Below, piece after piece: positions 36,344 to 44,874 of a DNA stretch of 57,512 nt (positions within the stretch are counted from its first letter, which is position 1; each line of letters begins with the position of its first letter). The position numbers and the translations under genes were made by a program. This stretch comes from an uncultured virus (IMG/VR IMGVR_UViG_3300043438_001049) (lineage: Duplodnaviria; Heunggongvirae; Uroviricota; Caudoviricetes). The stretch lies in the IMG/VR virus record IMGVR_UViG_3300043438_001049. One strand, given 5' to 3'. A model generated the notes under the pieces. That model worked only from the letters and a program-made list of their open reading frames with translations. It was not told the DNA's origin and ran no database searches.

Positions 36344-37114
36344 TTAAGACGTTAACTTTTTCCACTCTTCTTTTTGAATGGCTTGCTCAATTCTTACTTG
36401 TTTTTCTTCTTCTTTCCACTTATCAATAGTTTCTTGACTATATTCAATTTCAAAATAATCCCAAAAAGAAACCATAGTATATCTTGTGCCTTCTAATATT
36501 TTACTAACACCATGCACATTTTCTATTCCTCCAGGAAATACATAGTAAGAGTATGCATTTGGTTTAAAGGATAAATAGATGTCCCACTTTTCTCCTTCTG
36601 AATTTATTTCAAAGTCTTCTTTTTCTTTACAAAAGAAAAGATCTCCACCTTCATAGTCGTTATTAAGATATAGAATACCCACATACTTATTTATTTCAAA
36701 AGCGTTTGGGACCCCGTCATTATCTGAGTTGTCAGAATGAGGAGAAGCAAAACCGCCAACATCCCACTTCTGTGCATGAGATGTATTGGCTCTAACTTTT
36801 CTTTCAAAAACCAGTTCAACTGCTTCTTTAAACTTTTCTCTAAGGTCATCAAAAAATGTTAGCGTTAGACCATGTTCTTCAAGTCCTGGATCGTTTGCCA
36901 TTAATCCCATACCTAGAGATCCATAAAACGCTATGTCTCCCCAGTTTTCTCCTTTTGACTCTACATAATTAATTAGACATTGGCTTGTTTTTTCATCTAT
37001 AAAATTAGGAATTTCAACAATTCTGTTGTGAGTTATACCTAAAACACCCTTATTATTTAATTCATCTTTTAAATATTTAAAGTTATCTTTATTAAGTTGA
37101 TTAATGATAGTCAT
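36344..37114 (-). CDS. 2OG-Fe(II) oxygenase, prolyl-4-hydroxylase-like
   Basis: HSD...LYLNNDYEGGDL...HGV...GTRY. Confidence 0.88.
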   Translation of the reverse strand: MTIINQLNKDNFKYLKDELNNKGVLGITHNRIVEIPNFIDEKTSQCLINYVESKGENWGDIAFYGSLGMGLMANDPGLEEHGLTLTFFDDLREKFKEAVELVFERKVRANTSHAQKWDVGGFASPHSDNSDNDGVPNAFEINKYVGILYLNNDYEGGDLFFCKEKEDFEINSEGEKWDIYLSFKPNAYSYYVFPGGIENVHGVSKILEGTRYTMVSFWDYFEIEYSQETIDKWKEEEKQVRIEQAIQKEEWKKLTS

Positions 37115-37913
37115 TTTTTATGTAAACCCCGCTGCTTCTTTCAATGTTCATTCTGTCTTTTTCCATTTGCATCCATGTATCTGGTCCATATTTTTTTTGA
37201 TTCTCAATCCAAGCATCTGATGCTTGTTCATCTACATACCAAAAAGATCTAACAAAATACTTTTCTCCTTCAGTAGTTTCTCTTACTCCATGCCAGTACG
37301 GTGGCCTTGACGGAAAGATAATTACATCTCCTTCTTCTGGCTTATAAGTAATTCTTGTAAAAGAATCTTTATTGGAAAATACTTTAAATTCAATTTCTCC
37401 GCCATTATAGTTACTATTTAAATACATATTGCAAGTCAGGGCTTGTTTTTCTCCTGGACCCTCTGCATCTTCTTGTGGATAGTCTGTATGAAAAGACATA
37501 GAATATCTTGAATTGTTGTTTTCAATATGTGGAGAGTCACTTTCAGCCTTTGTAGAATCTTTTGAATTATAGTATTTGCATATGTCAGCCTTTAAAAATA
37601 CTAAGTCCTCTAAGGATAGACCCGTTGTATCAACATAATGCTTTGTTGTTTTATAAAAAACATCAAGTATATCCTTGTGTTGATCTGATACAAGAAAAGA
37701 TTCTATGTATAAAGACCATTCTTGATCTGAAGGAAAAGATTTAGATCGATAAAAATTGTTATTGAAAATTTTATAAATATCCCCAAAGTCATACCACTTT
37801 TCCCAAGTTGCGGAATCTAGAGAATCCAGAAGGCCACGCAAATCTTTAAATGGGTTCTTATATACAAAAATGTTTTGGTCTATTTTATTAAAATTAATAT
37901 TTTTAATTGTCAC
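37101..37913 (-). CDS. 2OG-Fe(II) oxygenase, prolyl-4-hydroxylase-like
   Basis: HTD...MYLNSNYNGGEI...HGV...GEKY. Confidence 0.88.
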   Translation of the reverse strand: MTIKNINFNKIDQNIFVYKNPFKDLRGLLDSLDSATWEKWYDFGDIYKIFNNNFYRSKSFPSDQEWSLYIESFLVSDQHKDILDVFYKTTKHYVDTTGLSLEDLVFLKADICKYYNSKDSTKAESDSPHIENNNSRYSMSFHTDYPQEDAEGPGEKQALTCNMYLNSNYNGGEIEFKVFSNKDSFTRITYKPEEGDVIIFPSRPPYWHGVRETTEGEKYFVRSFWYVDEQASDAWIENQKKYGPDTWMQMEKDRMNIERSSGVYIKNDYH

Positions 37914-38746
37914 ATTGCTACCTTAGATTCATCTATACCCTTTTTAATATTTGGCTTTTTGAAATCGTGATACCTGTCACCTCTATCAATTCTTTCTTTT
38001 TCCATCTTTGCCCATTCTTCAACACCAAATTTTTCTTGATTATCGTGCCACTCTTTTGTTCCAGCAAATGGAATTTGATAAAAGCATCTAATAAGATATT
38101 TGTCAATATTTCTAATTCTTTTAACACCGTGAAGGTATCTTCCCTCTTGAGATAATAAATCTGGATGGCCTGAAGGAAAAACCAAAACATCTCCAGCCTC
38201 TGGTTTATAATCTATAACCGTTTTATTCCCAGTTAAAAATGTTATACCTCCATCGCCATAGTCATCATTCAAATACATTGTGCATGTTAATGCAAATTGT
38301 GCTCCTGGGCAATCTGTTTCAAGGGCTTTATAGTCTGAGTGATGGATCATTTCTAAAGAATCTTTATCGCTATTTGGATCATTGTCATGAGTATATTTTG
38401 AAATTGATGGGCCCATAATAATCCAGTCCTCTCCTATTTTAAGATTATGGGCAGACATAAAATTTTCGGTTGCATAACCAAATGCATGCTGTATTGTTTC
38501 TAATGCCTCAACCTCTTCTAAATATAGTGTGTTATTAATATTAGGATCATCTTCATTTAGAAAATTACCAATGACATATACATAGTGTCCAAACCTACTC
38601 CATGGTTGCCAATCGTCAAATAAAAAACTAGTTCCTTTGTTTAATTCAGACTGCTTAAATAATTCTACAATCCTTTTATTGTTTGGAATTAACCCTTTGT
38701 AAACATAAATGTTTTCATCTAATTGTTTAACTGTAATATTATTCAT
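37910..38746 (-). CDS. 2OG-Fe(II) oxygenase, prolyl-4-hydroxylase-like
   Basis: HSD...MYLNDDYGDGGI...HGV...DKY. Confidence 0.88.
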   Translation of the reverse strand: MNNITVKQLDENIYVYKGLIPNNKRIVELFKQSELNKGTSFLFDDWQPWSRFGHYVYVIGNFLNEDDPNINNTLYLEEVEALETIQHAFGYATENFMSAHNLKIGEDWIIMGPSISKYTHDNDPNSDKDSLEMIHHSDYKALETDCPGAQFALTCTMYLNDDYGDGGITFLTGNKTVIDYKPEAGDVLVFPSGHPDLLSQEGRYLHGVKRIRNIDKYLIRCFYQIPFAGTKEWHDNQEKFGVEEWAKMEKERIDRGDRYHDFKKPNIKKGIDESKVAM

Positions 38747-38778
38747 TTTTTGTCCCCCATTGGATTATCTTTAAACAT
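38743..38778 (-). CDS. putative 11-aa leaderless uORF (MFKDNPMGDKK)
   Basis: ATG 6 nt after TGGTATAAT (38785-38793); its TGA overlaps the ATG of 37910-38746 (ATGA). Confidence 0.4.
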   Translation of the reverse strand: MFKDNPMGDKK

Positions 38779-38785
38779 ATAATTA

Positions 38786-39340
38786 TTATACCACCTTGTC
38801 TCCAAATAAAATTGCAAAACCAAATCTAGGGGTTATGGGTTCAACATAGTGGTAAGTTCCACCAGGTATATACAATAGATCTCCTTCTTCTAATATAACA
38901 TCCATAAAAGGTTGATCATTTTCAACAGAATCATAAAGTCTCCAACGTGTTTTACCTTTACATTGCCAATGTATATTGTTTTCCCTGTCTTCATGTTTGC
39001 CAATAACTTGTCCGCTATCTTCAAGTTTAAGTGAACCAAATAACTGACATGTTACAACCTTTAAATCTTTAAAACAAGGATAAAATCTAGAATGAACTTC
39101 TTTTACAAATAAATTTACTGAACTTATAATCTGTGCCTCATCATAAAATAATGCGTATGGATTAGGCAAAATCTTTTTACCAGTTTTTTTGTGCTCATAA
39201 TCATTTACAAACTGAAGCACTTCATCCCAGGTAACTTCAGGCATTGATATTTTTGGAAAAAGAGTTGCTACTTTATTATTATAAGCATTTAAAAAATTAT
39301 CTTGATCTAAAAAATTAAAATCAAAACTTTTATTTTTCAT
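38786..39340 (-). CDS. JmjC/cupin-type oxygenase
   Basis: HED...WQCKGKTRWRL...LEEGDLLYIPGGTYHYV. Confidence 0.85.
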   Translation of the reverse strand: MKNKSFDFNFLDQDNFLNAYNNKVATLFPKISMPEVTWDEVLQFVNDYEHKKTGKKILPNPYALFYDEAQIISSVNLFVKEVHSRFYPCFKDLKVVTCQLFGSLKLEDSGQVIGKHEDRENNIHWQCKGKTRWRLYDSVENDQPFMDVILEEGDLLYIPGGTYHYVEPITPRFGFAILFGDKVV

Positions 39341-40011
39341 TTTGATTTTCCATGTGAACGAATTGTAAAGAAAAAAGGAATAACATATCTAATTCCTTTT
39401 TTAATTTCTCTTACTCCGTGAATATAATTTAAATCTCCAGGGAAGAAATATGCAGAACCCGCTTTTGGCTTAAACTCAATTCCTTGATTTGGGAAATATA
39501 ACTCTCCACCTTCATAGTCATCATTAAGATAAAAAAGACCTGCAATATCATACCAAGGAAAATCATTTGGCTTTCCTACATTGTCTCCTTCGTGCAACTC
39601 TTTATCTGCATGTGGGTTTTGTAGTTGTCCTGGAAGCCATCTAACAATTGCTGTTGCTGTGGGCCAGGCGTCAATATTAAAAAAATCATTTACTTCTTCT
39701 GTAAGCCTGTCTTGAAGGCTTTTAATTACTGGGTTTATATTTTTATTATTTTGATCTAATCTATCTCCAGTGCAGACTCTGTCATCCCAATATTTAGAAT
39801 CATAAATAACAGTTCCTTCTTCGTTATAGTGAGTTTCAGTAATATCCCAAATTGTAATATTTTTTGCTGATTCTGATAAAAAAGATAGTTCTTCGTCGGT
39901 CATAAAATTGTTTCGTGCTTGGATCATATCTGCACTTTTACCAAAAAATCCAGAGGGAGTTATTGAAAATCTATCTTTATCTTGGTGATTAGAGTACTCT
40001 ATTTTTTTCAT
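39337..40011 (-). CDS. 2OG-Fe(II) oxygenase, prolyl-4-hydroxylase-like
   Basis: HAD...FYLNDDYEGGEL...HGV...GIRY; TGATATACT 6 nt upstream of ATG. Confidence 0.9.
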   Translation of the reverse strand: MKKIEYSNHQDKDRFSITPSGFFGKSADMIQARNNFMTDEELSFLSESAKNITIWDITETHYNEEGTVIYDSKYWDDRVCTGDRLDQNNKNINPVIKSLQDRLTEEVNDFFNIDAWPTATAIVRWLPGQLQNPHADKELHEGDNVGKPNDFPWYDIAGLFYLNDDYEGGELYFPNQGIEFKPKAGSAYFFPGDLNYIHGVREIKKGIRYVIPFFFTIRSHGKSK

Positions 40012-40031
40012 ACAGTTAGTATATCATCTTT

Positions 40032-40766
40032 CTATTCATATTTGCGCTGCTCCCAGATTTCATTTTTATATATTCCGCCATTTGGTTTTCTATAAATTTG
40101 ATAATTTTCTATTGATTGCTTCATTAGTTCAACTGCATTATCTTGTTCTATTATTTCAGAAGTCCAGGATTCTCTTTTAAATGGCAGAAGTTGAGCATAC
40201 GCTGTTCCTTCTGGAATAATTCCCTCAAAACCCTCACAAATAAAAAATGGAAAAGATCCAGGCATATGAACTTTGTCGTTATCCACAATTCCACTAGTTA
40301 GCAAAAATGGTAACTCAAATCTGTTAAATGGCTGAGTATACAATACGCTATATCCTGGAGGAGTTTTTATTTGCCAATCTGGAGTTATTGCAAAATGATT
40401 TTTGTAATACCCGCGGGGGTGTTCAAACTGTGGCATTTCTGATCTTTCTTCAATTAAGTTTTTATATTTTACATTTAAAACTTTATGTTTTAGTCCAGAA
40501 TCAGTCATGTAGAATTCAATATCGCAAGGAAGATTAAGAGAATATCCAGAACCCATAATATCAAAAATTGCAGGACAGGCCTTCCATGTAGGAACTTTTC
40601 CACCATCCTCTCCTATATAAAAAGAATTGTCTGTTGGTAATTTTGCAAACCTATCTGCTTTTCTAAACCATTCAGGAATTGTTCTTATAATTGGAGTTGG
40701 TGCTGACTTGCTTTCTTTTGAAAGCCAAATTTTATTTGCAATAAAAGATATTTTTTCTGTATTCAT
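40032..40766 (-). CDS. hypothetical protein of oxygenase cluster (possible dUTPase-like fold)
   Basis: PEWF...TWKACPAIFD...TPPGYSVLYTQP.N...SGIVDND...IPEGTAYAQLLPF. Confidence 0.6.
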   Translation of the reverse strand: MNTEKISFIANKIWLSKESKSAPTPIIRTIPEWFRKADRFAKLPTDNSFYIGEDGGKVPTWKACPAIFDIMGSGYSLNLPCDIEFYMTDSGLKHKVLNVKYKNLIEERSEMPQFEHPRGYYKNHFAITPDWQIKTPPGYSVLYTQPFNRFELPFLLTSGIVDNDKVHMPGSFPFFICEGFEGIIPEGTAYAQLLPFKRESWTSEIIEQDNAVELMKQSIENYQIYRKPNGGIYKNEIWEQRKYE

Positions 40767-41476
40767 TACTTGTCACTTTGATATTTATTAATTGAAAGTT
40801 TTAAGGATTTTACTTCGTGCTCTCCAAGGCTATTTCCTAAATGGTCAACAGCATCTCTATAAAAGTTTGTCCATTGTCCAGACTGAGTTATTTCTCCAGA
40901 GGCTTTTCCATATTCAGAAAGATTCTTTTCAAAATCTTGATCTTTTACATAGTCGTACAGATTTACTTCTGTTGCTTGGAGTTTTTTTAAACTAATTGGC
41001 ATAATACAAACAATTGGTGTTCCTGCTGGTATTGTTATTACTTCATTTGCCCTTGTTATTTTCCATGCATATGGAAGTGGAGCAAGATGGACAACTGGAC
41101 TAATTACACTTGAGAATCCTTGAACACCATCAATAAATTGATTTGGAACTGGAAGGAGCAGTAGACTAATCTCATCAGTACTTTTAAAATATAAACCACT
41201 ATTAAAACTTATAGTTCCGTTAGCCCTGTTTGCATGAACATACTTTTCTCCAGAAAGAATTTCAAGGTCTTCAGATCTAGAGTTTGGATCTGTTCCTTTC
41301 CAAATAAAAGAAATGTCTTCTGGAAAAGAAAATGTCCATCCTGTTGTGTTTGCCAACGATACTGGGAAGCAATGATAGGCGTGTTTGTCAAAAGTTTCAT
41401 CCATCCAGTTTCTTCTAACTTTTAAAGTATCAAAAGTTACATCAGAATGTGGTGTTTGATAAACATCTATAGACAT
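40766..41476 (-). CDS. DUF6065-like protein
   Basis: RRNWMDET...HAYHCFPVSLANTTGW, PVPN, AWKIT motifs recalled from DUF6065. Confidence 0.6.
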   Translation of the reverse strand: MSIDVYQTPHSDVTFDTLKVRRNWMDETFDKHAYHCFPVSLANTTGWTFSFPEDISFIWKGTDPNSRSEDLEILSGEKYVHANRANGTISFNSGLYFKSTDEISLLLLPVPNQFIDGVQGFSSVISPVVHLAPLPYAWKITRANEVITIPAGTPIVCIMPISLKKLQATEVNLYDYVKDQDFEKNLSEYGKASGEITQSGQWTNFYRDAVDHLGNSLGEHEVKSLKLSINKYQSDK

Positions 41477-41477
41477 G

Positions 41478-42164
41478 TTAGTTTCCTGTTTCTAAAAACA
41501 TCTCTGGTCCATGGAATTTTGCGCTGTAGTCTAGCATTGTTACAATTGAATATTTAGTTCCGCTAGTAACTGGCATTGCTCTATGAGAATACATATATGT
41601 TGATGGGAAAATATACAAATCTCCAGCACGTGGTTTTACTAATAAATCTTGGTGTTGAAAATGTAAACCACCGTCGACGTAGTCGTCATTTGGGTATGCA
41701 ACCAAAGACACTGTACAGTTATAAGAAAATCCATGATCATGATGATATTGGAAATGCTGACCCTCATGGTATCTAATAAAATTCATTGCTTCCCAAAACC
41801 TTAGTTCTGCAATATTAAACATTTTACGATAGTGCTCAACTGCTGGACTTTTTCTATCGTAGCAGTCTTGCCAAAGTTGTTGAAGCGCTAAAGATGCTTC
41901 TCCTGGTCTTTGTGCCATATCTTTCTTTGTAAACTTAAAGTCAACACAATCTCTATATTCTGGCATGCTTTCTTGATAGCCAACAAACGCTTCCATCCAG
42001 TGAAATGGGTTGCTTTGGTCTTCAAGAACAGACTCTAATCTGTTAATAATATCCAGTTCTTTAGGTAAAACATCTCTATAGACAAAAATTCCACTCCCTA
42101 GATCTTCAAAAGACGACCAGGTTTGCTCTATAGGGGTTGTCTCAGTTTGAACATGTTTTTGCAT
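41478..42164 (-). CDS. 2OG-Fe(II) oxygenase, prolyl-4-hydroxylase-like
   Basis: HHD...YPNDDYVDGGL...HRA...GTKY; TGCTATAAT at 42191-42199. Confidence 0.9.
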   Translation of the reverse strand: MQKHVQTETTPIEQTWSSFEDLGSGIFVYRDVLPKELDIINRLESVLEDQSNPFHWMEAFVGYQESMPEYRDCVDFKFTKKDMAQRPGEASLALQQLWQDCYDRKSPAVEHYRKMFNIAELRFWEAMNFIRYHEGQHFQYHHDHGFSYNCTVSLVAYPNDDYVDGGLHFQHQDLLVKPRAGDLYIFPSTYMYSHRAMPVTSGTKYSIVTMLDYSAKFHGPEMFLETGN

Positions 42165-42199
42165 TTTTTCCTGCTTTCTACTATGTATATATTATAGCA

Positions 42200-42904
42200 C
42201 TAGTTATTCTTATGATGTAAATCGTTATAGTCTGTCATAATTACAACAGAATACTTTATACCCTGCAATAATTCACAAGAGGCATGCTCATAAACAAAAT
42301 TTGATGGGAAAAGAACAATGTCTCCAGCCTGGGGCTTAATCTTTAATTCTTGTCTTGGAAACTCTAATTCTCCACCAACATAGTCATCATTAAGATATAG
42401 TATTGCAGATATTGTACATGCATAGAATGGGCCATGGTCACCATGAAGTTTAAAATATTTCCCAGGTAGATACTTAACAAAATTAAAGGCTTCTTTGTAT
42501 TTCATCTGAAGATGCCATAAAGACTCATAATCATTTAGGCAGACATCTAATGCGTCTTCTACCTCTTTGTGTATGTCAAACATGTCTTGATTAAAAGATA
42601 TCCCAGACTTTCCAAGCATATCTCTTTTATATTTTATATCAATGCAGTTCCTAACATAATCTAAATTTTCTACATCATTAACCATTGCTGTAGACCAAGA
42701 AAGGTTACAGTCTGGATCGTTTGCTGAGTTTTCTAGTCTTTTAATTATACTATCACACTGGCTTCTATTTATGGCATTTTTATATACATTAATACCGTAG
42801 CCAATATTTAAAACCTCTATGTTATTTGACATTGATCTAGACTTTAGCCTACTGTCTGCTTTTTCTAATCTTGGTAAATCAAGCCACCCAAAGTTATTTG
42901 TCAT
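42200..42904 (-). CDS. 2OG-Fe(II) oxygenase, prolyl-4-hydroxylase-like
   Basis: HGD...LYLNDDYVGGEL...HAS...GIKY; paralogous to 41478-42164; TGCTATAAT 6 nt upstream of ATG. Confidence 0.9.
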   Translation of the reverse strand: MTNNFGWLDLPRLEKADSRLKSRSMSNNIEVLNIGYGINVYKNAINRSQCDSIIKRLENSANDPDCNLSWSTAMVNDVENLDYVRNCIDIKYKRDMLGKSGISFNQDMFDIHKEVEDALDVCLNDYESLWHLQMKYKEAFNFVKYLPGKYFKLHGDHGPFYACTISAILYLNDDYVGGELEFPRQELKIKPQAGDIVLFPSNFVYEHASCELLQGIKYSVVIMTDYNDLHHKNN

Positions 42905-42948
42905 TCTAATATTATAGCATATCTACATATTTATACAAAATATTAATT

Positions 42949-43626
42949 TTAAATTTGATATATGTAAATTTCTGCAAAATCATAAATTGGATCTTTTTTA
43001 AGCAATTCTTTAAAAATATAATCATTTTCAAAATGAAAAACAAAAAAGGATTTAGATTTTGATAAAATTTCCCATTTATCTAATATTAATTTATTAAAAA
43101 TTTCAGGCAGCAATGGGTAATAAAAATAATAAACACACTTTTCTTCTGAAAAATGATAATCATTTATATCACTATTTATAAAATCAACTTCTTTATCTAT
43201 TTCTATATTAATTGTTTTTAAATTATTTAAAGCAATATTGTTGAATTGATCGTCTATCTCTACACCTACATACTTCTTATACGGTGCATTTGAGATTAAC
43301 TGATGTAAAATTGTTTTTCCCTTACCGCTACCTATATCTAAAAAGGTATACTCCTCAATTCCTTCAATATCTTTCATAAAATTATTCACCATGTCTAAAA
43401 TTTTTAAAGGTGAGTTCTGTAAACCCATTGATCCTGGAAACCTATCATTATTATCAATACTGCCTGGCACATATTCACCAGAACCATCTGAGGCTAAAGG
43501 AGTTGGATGCCAAGTGTCTACATTATATTTTTCATCAAAAAATTTGAATAATGAAGCGTCTTCTCTTCTAATTTTTTTTAATACATCTAAATTCTTTATT
43601 GTACTTTTGTCTACACCTTTATGCAT
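42949..43626 (-). CDS. class I SAM-dependent methyltransferase
   Basis: FLDIGSGKGK motif I, GVEID motif II, YFYYP motif IV-like. Confidence 0.85.
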   Translation of the reverse strand: MHKGVDKSTIKNLDVLKKIRREDASLFKFFDEKYNVDTWHPTPLASDGSGEYVPGSIDNNDRFPGSMGLQNSPLKILDMVNNFMKDIEGIEEYTFLDIGSGKGKTILHQLISNAPYKKYVGVEIDDQFNNIALNNLKTINIEIDKEVDFINSDINDYHFSEEKCVYYFYYPLLPEIFNKLILDKWEILSKSKSFFVFHFENDYIFKELLKKDPIYDFAEIYIYQI

Positions 43627-44206
43627 TTTTTGCTCCTAAATATTTGTTTGGCATGATATCAATTATAGCATGGATTCTGTCATGGTCACTATCGTTTATT
43701 ACTGAGTGTGGAATAATATTATTAATCTCATACCAATTTCCAACCTCAAGATACTTTTTTTCTTCAAATACTTCAAATATGACTTTTGGATTTGTTATTA
43801 GTGGAATATGTATTCTTCTACCGAGTTGTAGCATTACCCCGCCATCAACGTGAGATTTTATTCCAGAGCGCTTATTCATTTGAATTATCTCACTCCTAAT
43901 AACTTTGCCATCGTACAAGTTTTCTAAATATTCATAAATAGCATTAAGGCTTTCATTAGATTGTTTATTTTTAAAATAATTTATATCATAAGATGTATTG
44001 CCTTGTCCAATTTCCCAATGATAAGACATAAACCTTAGTTGAAACATTTTTGTATCTTTGTGCGTTGCCAACTTGTCTTGACGAGAAGTATCCAGTAGCC
44101 ACTCATTTTCAAAAGAGTTAACTTCTTGAATTATTGAAGATAGATCAACTGGTAAAGATCCATATTGATAGTTCCAAGAAGTATTCTTATCTGGTAGTTT
44201 TAACAT
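43619..44206 (-). CDS. aspartyl/asparaginyl beta-hydroxylase-like 2OG oxygenase
   Basis: HVD...RRIHIPLITN...GNWYEINN..PHSVIN...RIHAIID. Confidence 0.85.
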   Translation of the reverse strand: MLKLPDKNTSWNYQYGSLPVDLSSIIQEVNSFENEWLLDTSRQDKLATHKDTKMFQLRFMSYHWEIGQGNTSYDINYFKNKQSNESLNAIYEYLENLYDGKVIRSEIIQMNKRSGIKSHVDGGVMLQLGRRIHIPLITNPKVIFEVFEEKKYLEVGNWYEINNIIPHSVINDSDHDRIHAIIDIMPNKYLGAKNA

Positions 44207-44873
44207 AATCGTAAATTTCCATATCTAAATTGTTTAATTCTTCAATTTTATTTTTCATTGAATCTGATATTTTAATAGTTTGAAAATTTTCATTAATAGC
44301 ATTTTTATTTGAAAAACTATAAAACCCATATGCCTGATAACATAGATCATTTAACCTTGATATAAAAGATGAATGATTGTCTAATGTATCTATTAGAGCC
44401 ATTGAGTCTATAAGGTCTTTTACTTCTTTTATATCTACGCTACCTTCTTCAAGGCACCAACTTTCATTGGCTCTTTGAATTCCGTGGTCTAAAGAATTAT
44501 AAAAATCTTCGTTTAAACTTTTATTTAAACTTCTAGCCTGAAGGTTATGGTGTTTTGAATTTTCCACCCATTTTTCAAGTTGAGCCTCTAAGTGAGCACC
44601 TTTAAAAGATGGATGTAAATAAATAAAGTTGCTTATAAATCTATCTAATGGATTTCTAACCAAGCCTATATTTATTAAGTCGTCTCTATACTTTAATGCA
44701 GTCAGACCAAAGTGCCCTGAAATAAACCGTTTATCAACAAAGGTTTTTGGAAAAACCTCTCCGTGGTTTGTAGCAAAGTATGGAATCTTCCTAATCTTTA
44801 GATCATTAACAATATGAGTCTTTATATATATACCCGAACATCTTGGGATATGTATATGATTTATTGAACTCAT
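44187..44873 (-). CDS. sulfotransferase family protein
   Basis: HIHIPRCSGIYIK 5'-PSB-like motif, SGHF, VRNPLDRFISNFIY 3'-PB motif, NNLDMEIYDY. Confidence 0.78.
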   Translation of the reverse strand: MSSINHIHIPRCSGIYIKTHIVNDLKIRKIPYFATNHGEVFPKTFVDKRFISGHFGLTALKYRDDLINIGLVRNPLDRFISNFIYLHPSFKGAHLEAQLEKWVENSKHHNLQARSLNKSLNEDFYNSLDHGIQRANESWCLEEGSVDIKEVKDLIDSMALIDTLDNHSSFISRLNDLCYQAYGFYSFSNKNAINENFQTIKISDSMKNKIEELNNLDMEIYDYVKTTR

Positions 44874-44874
44874 A

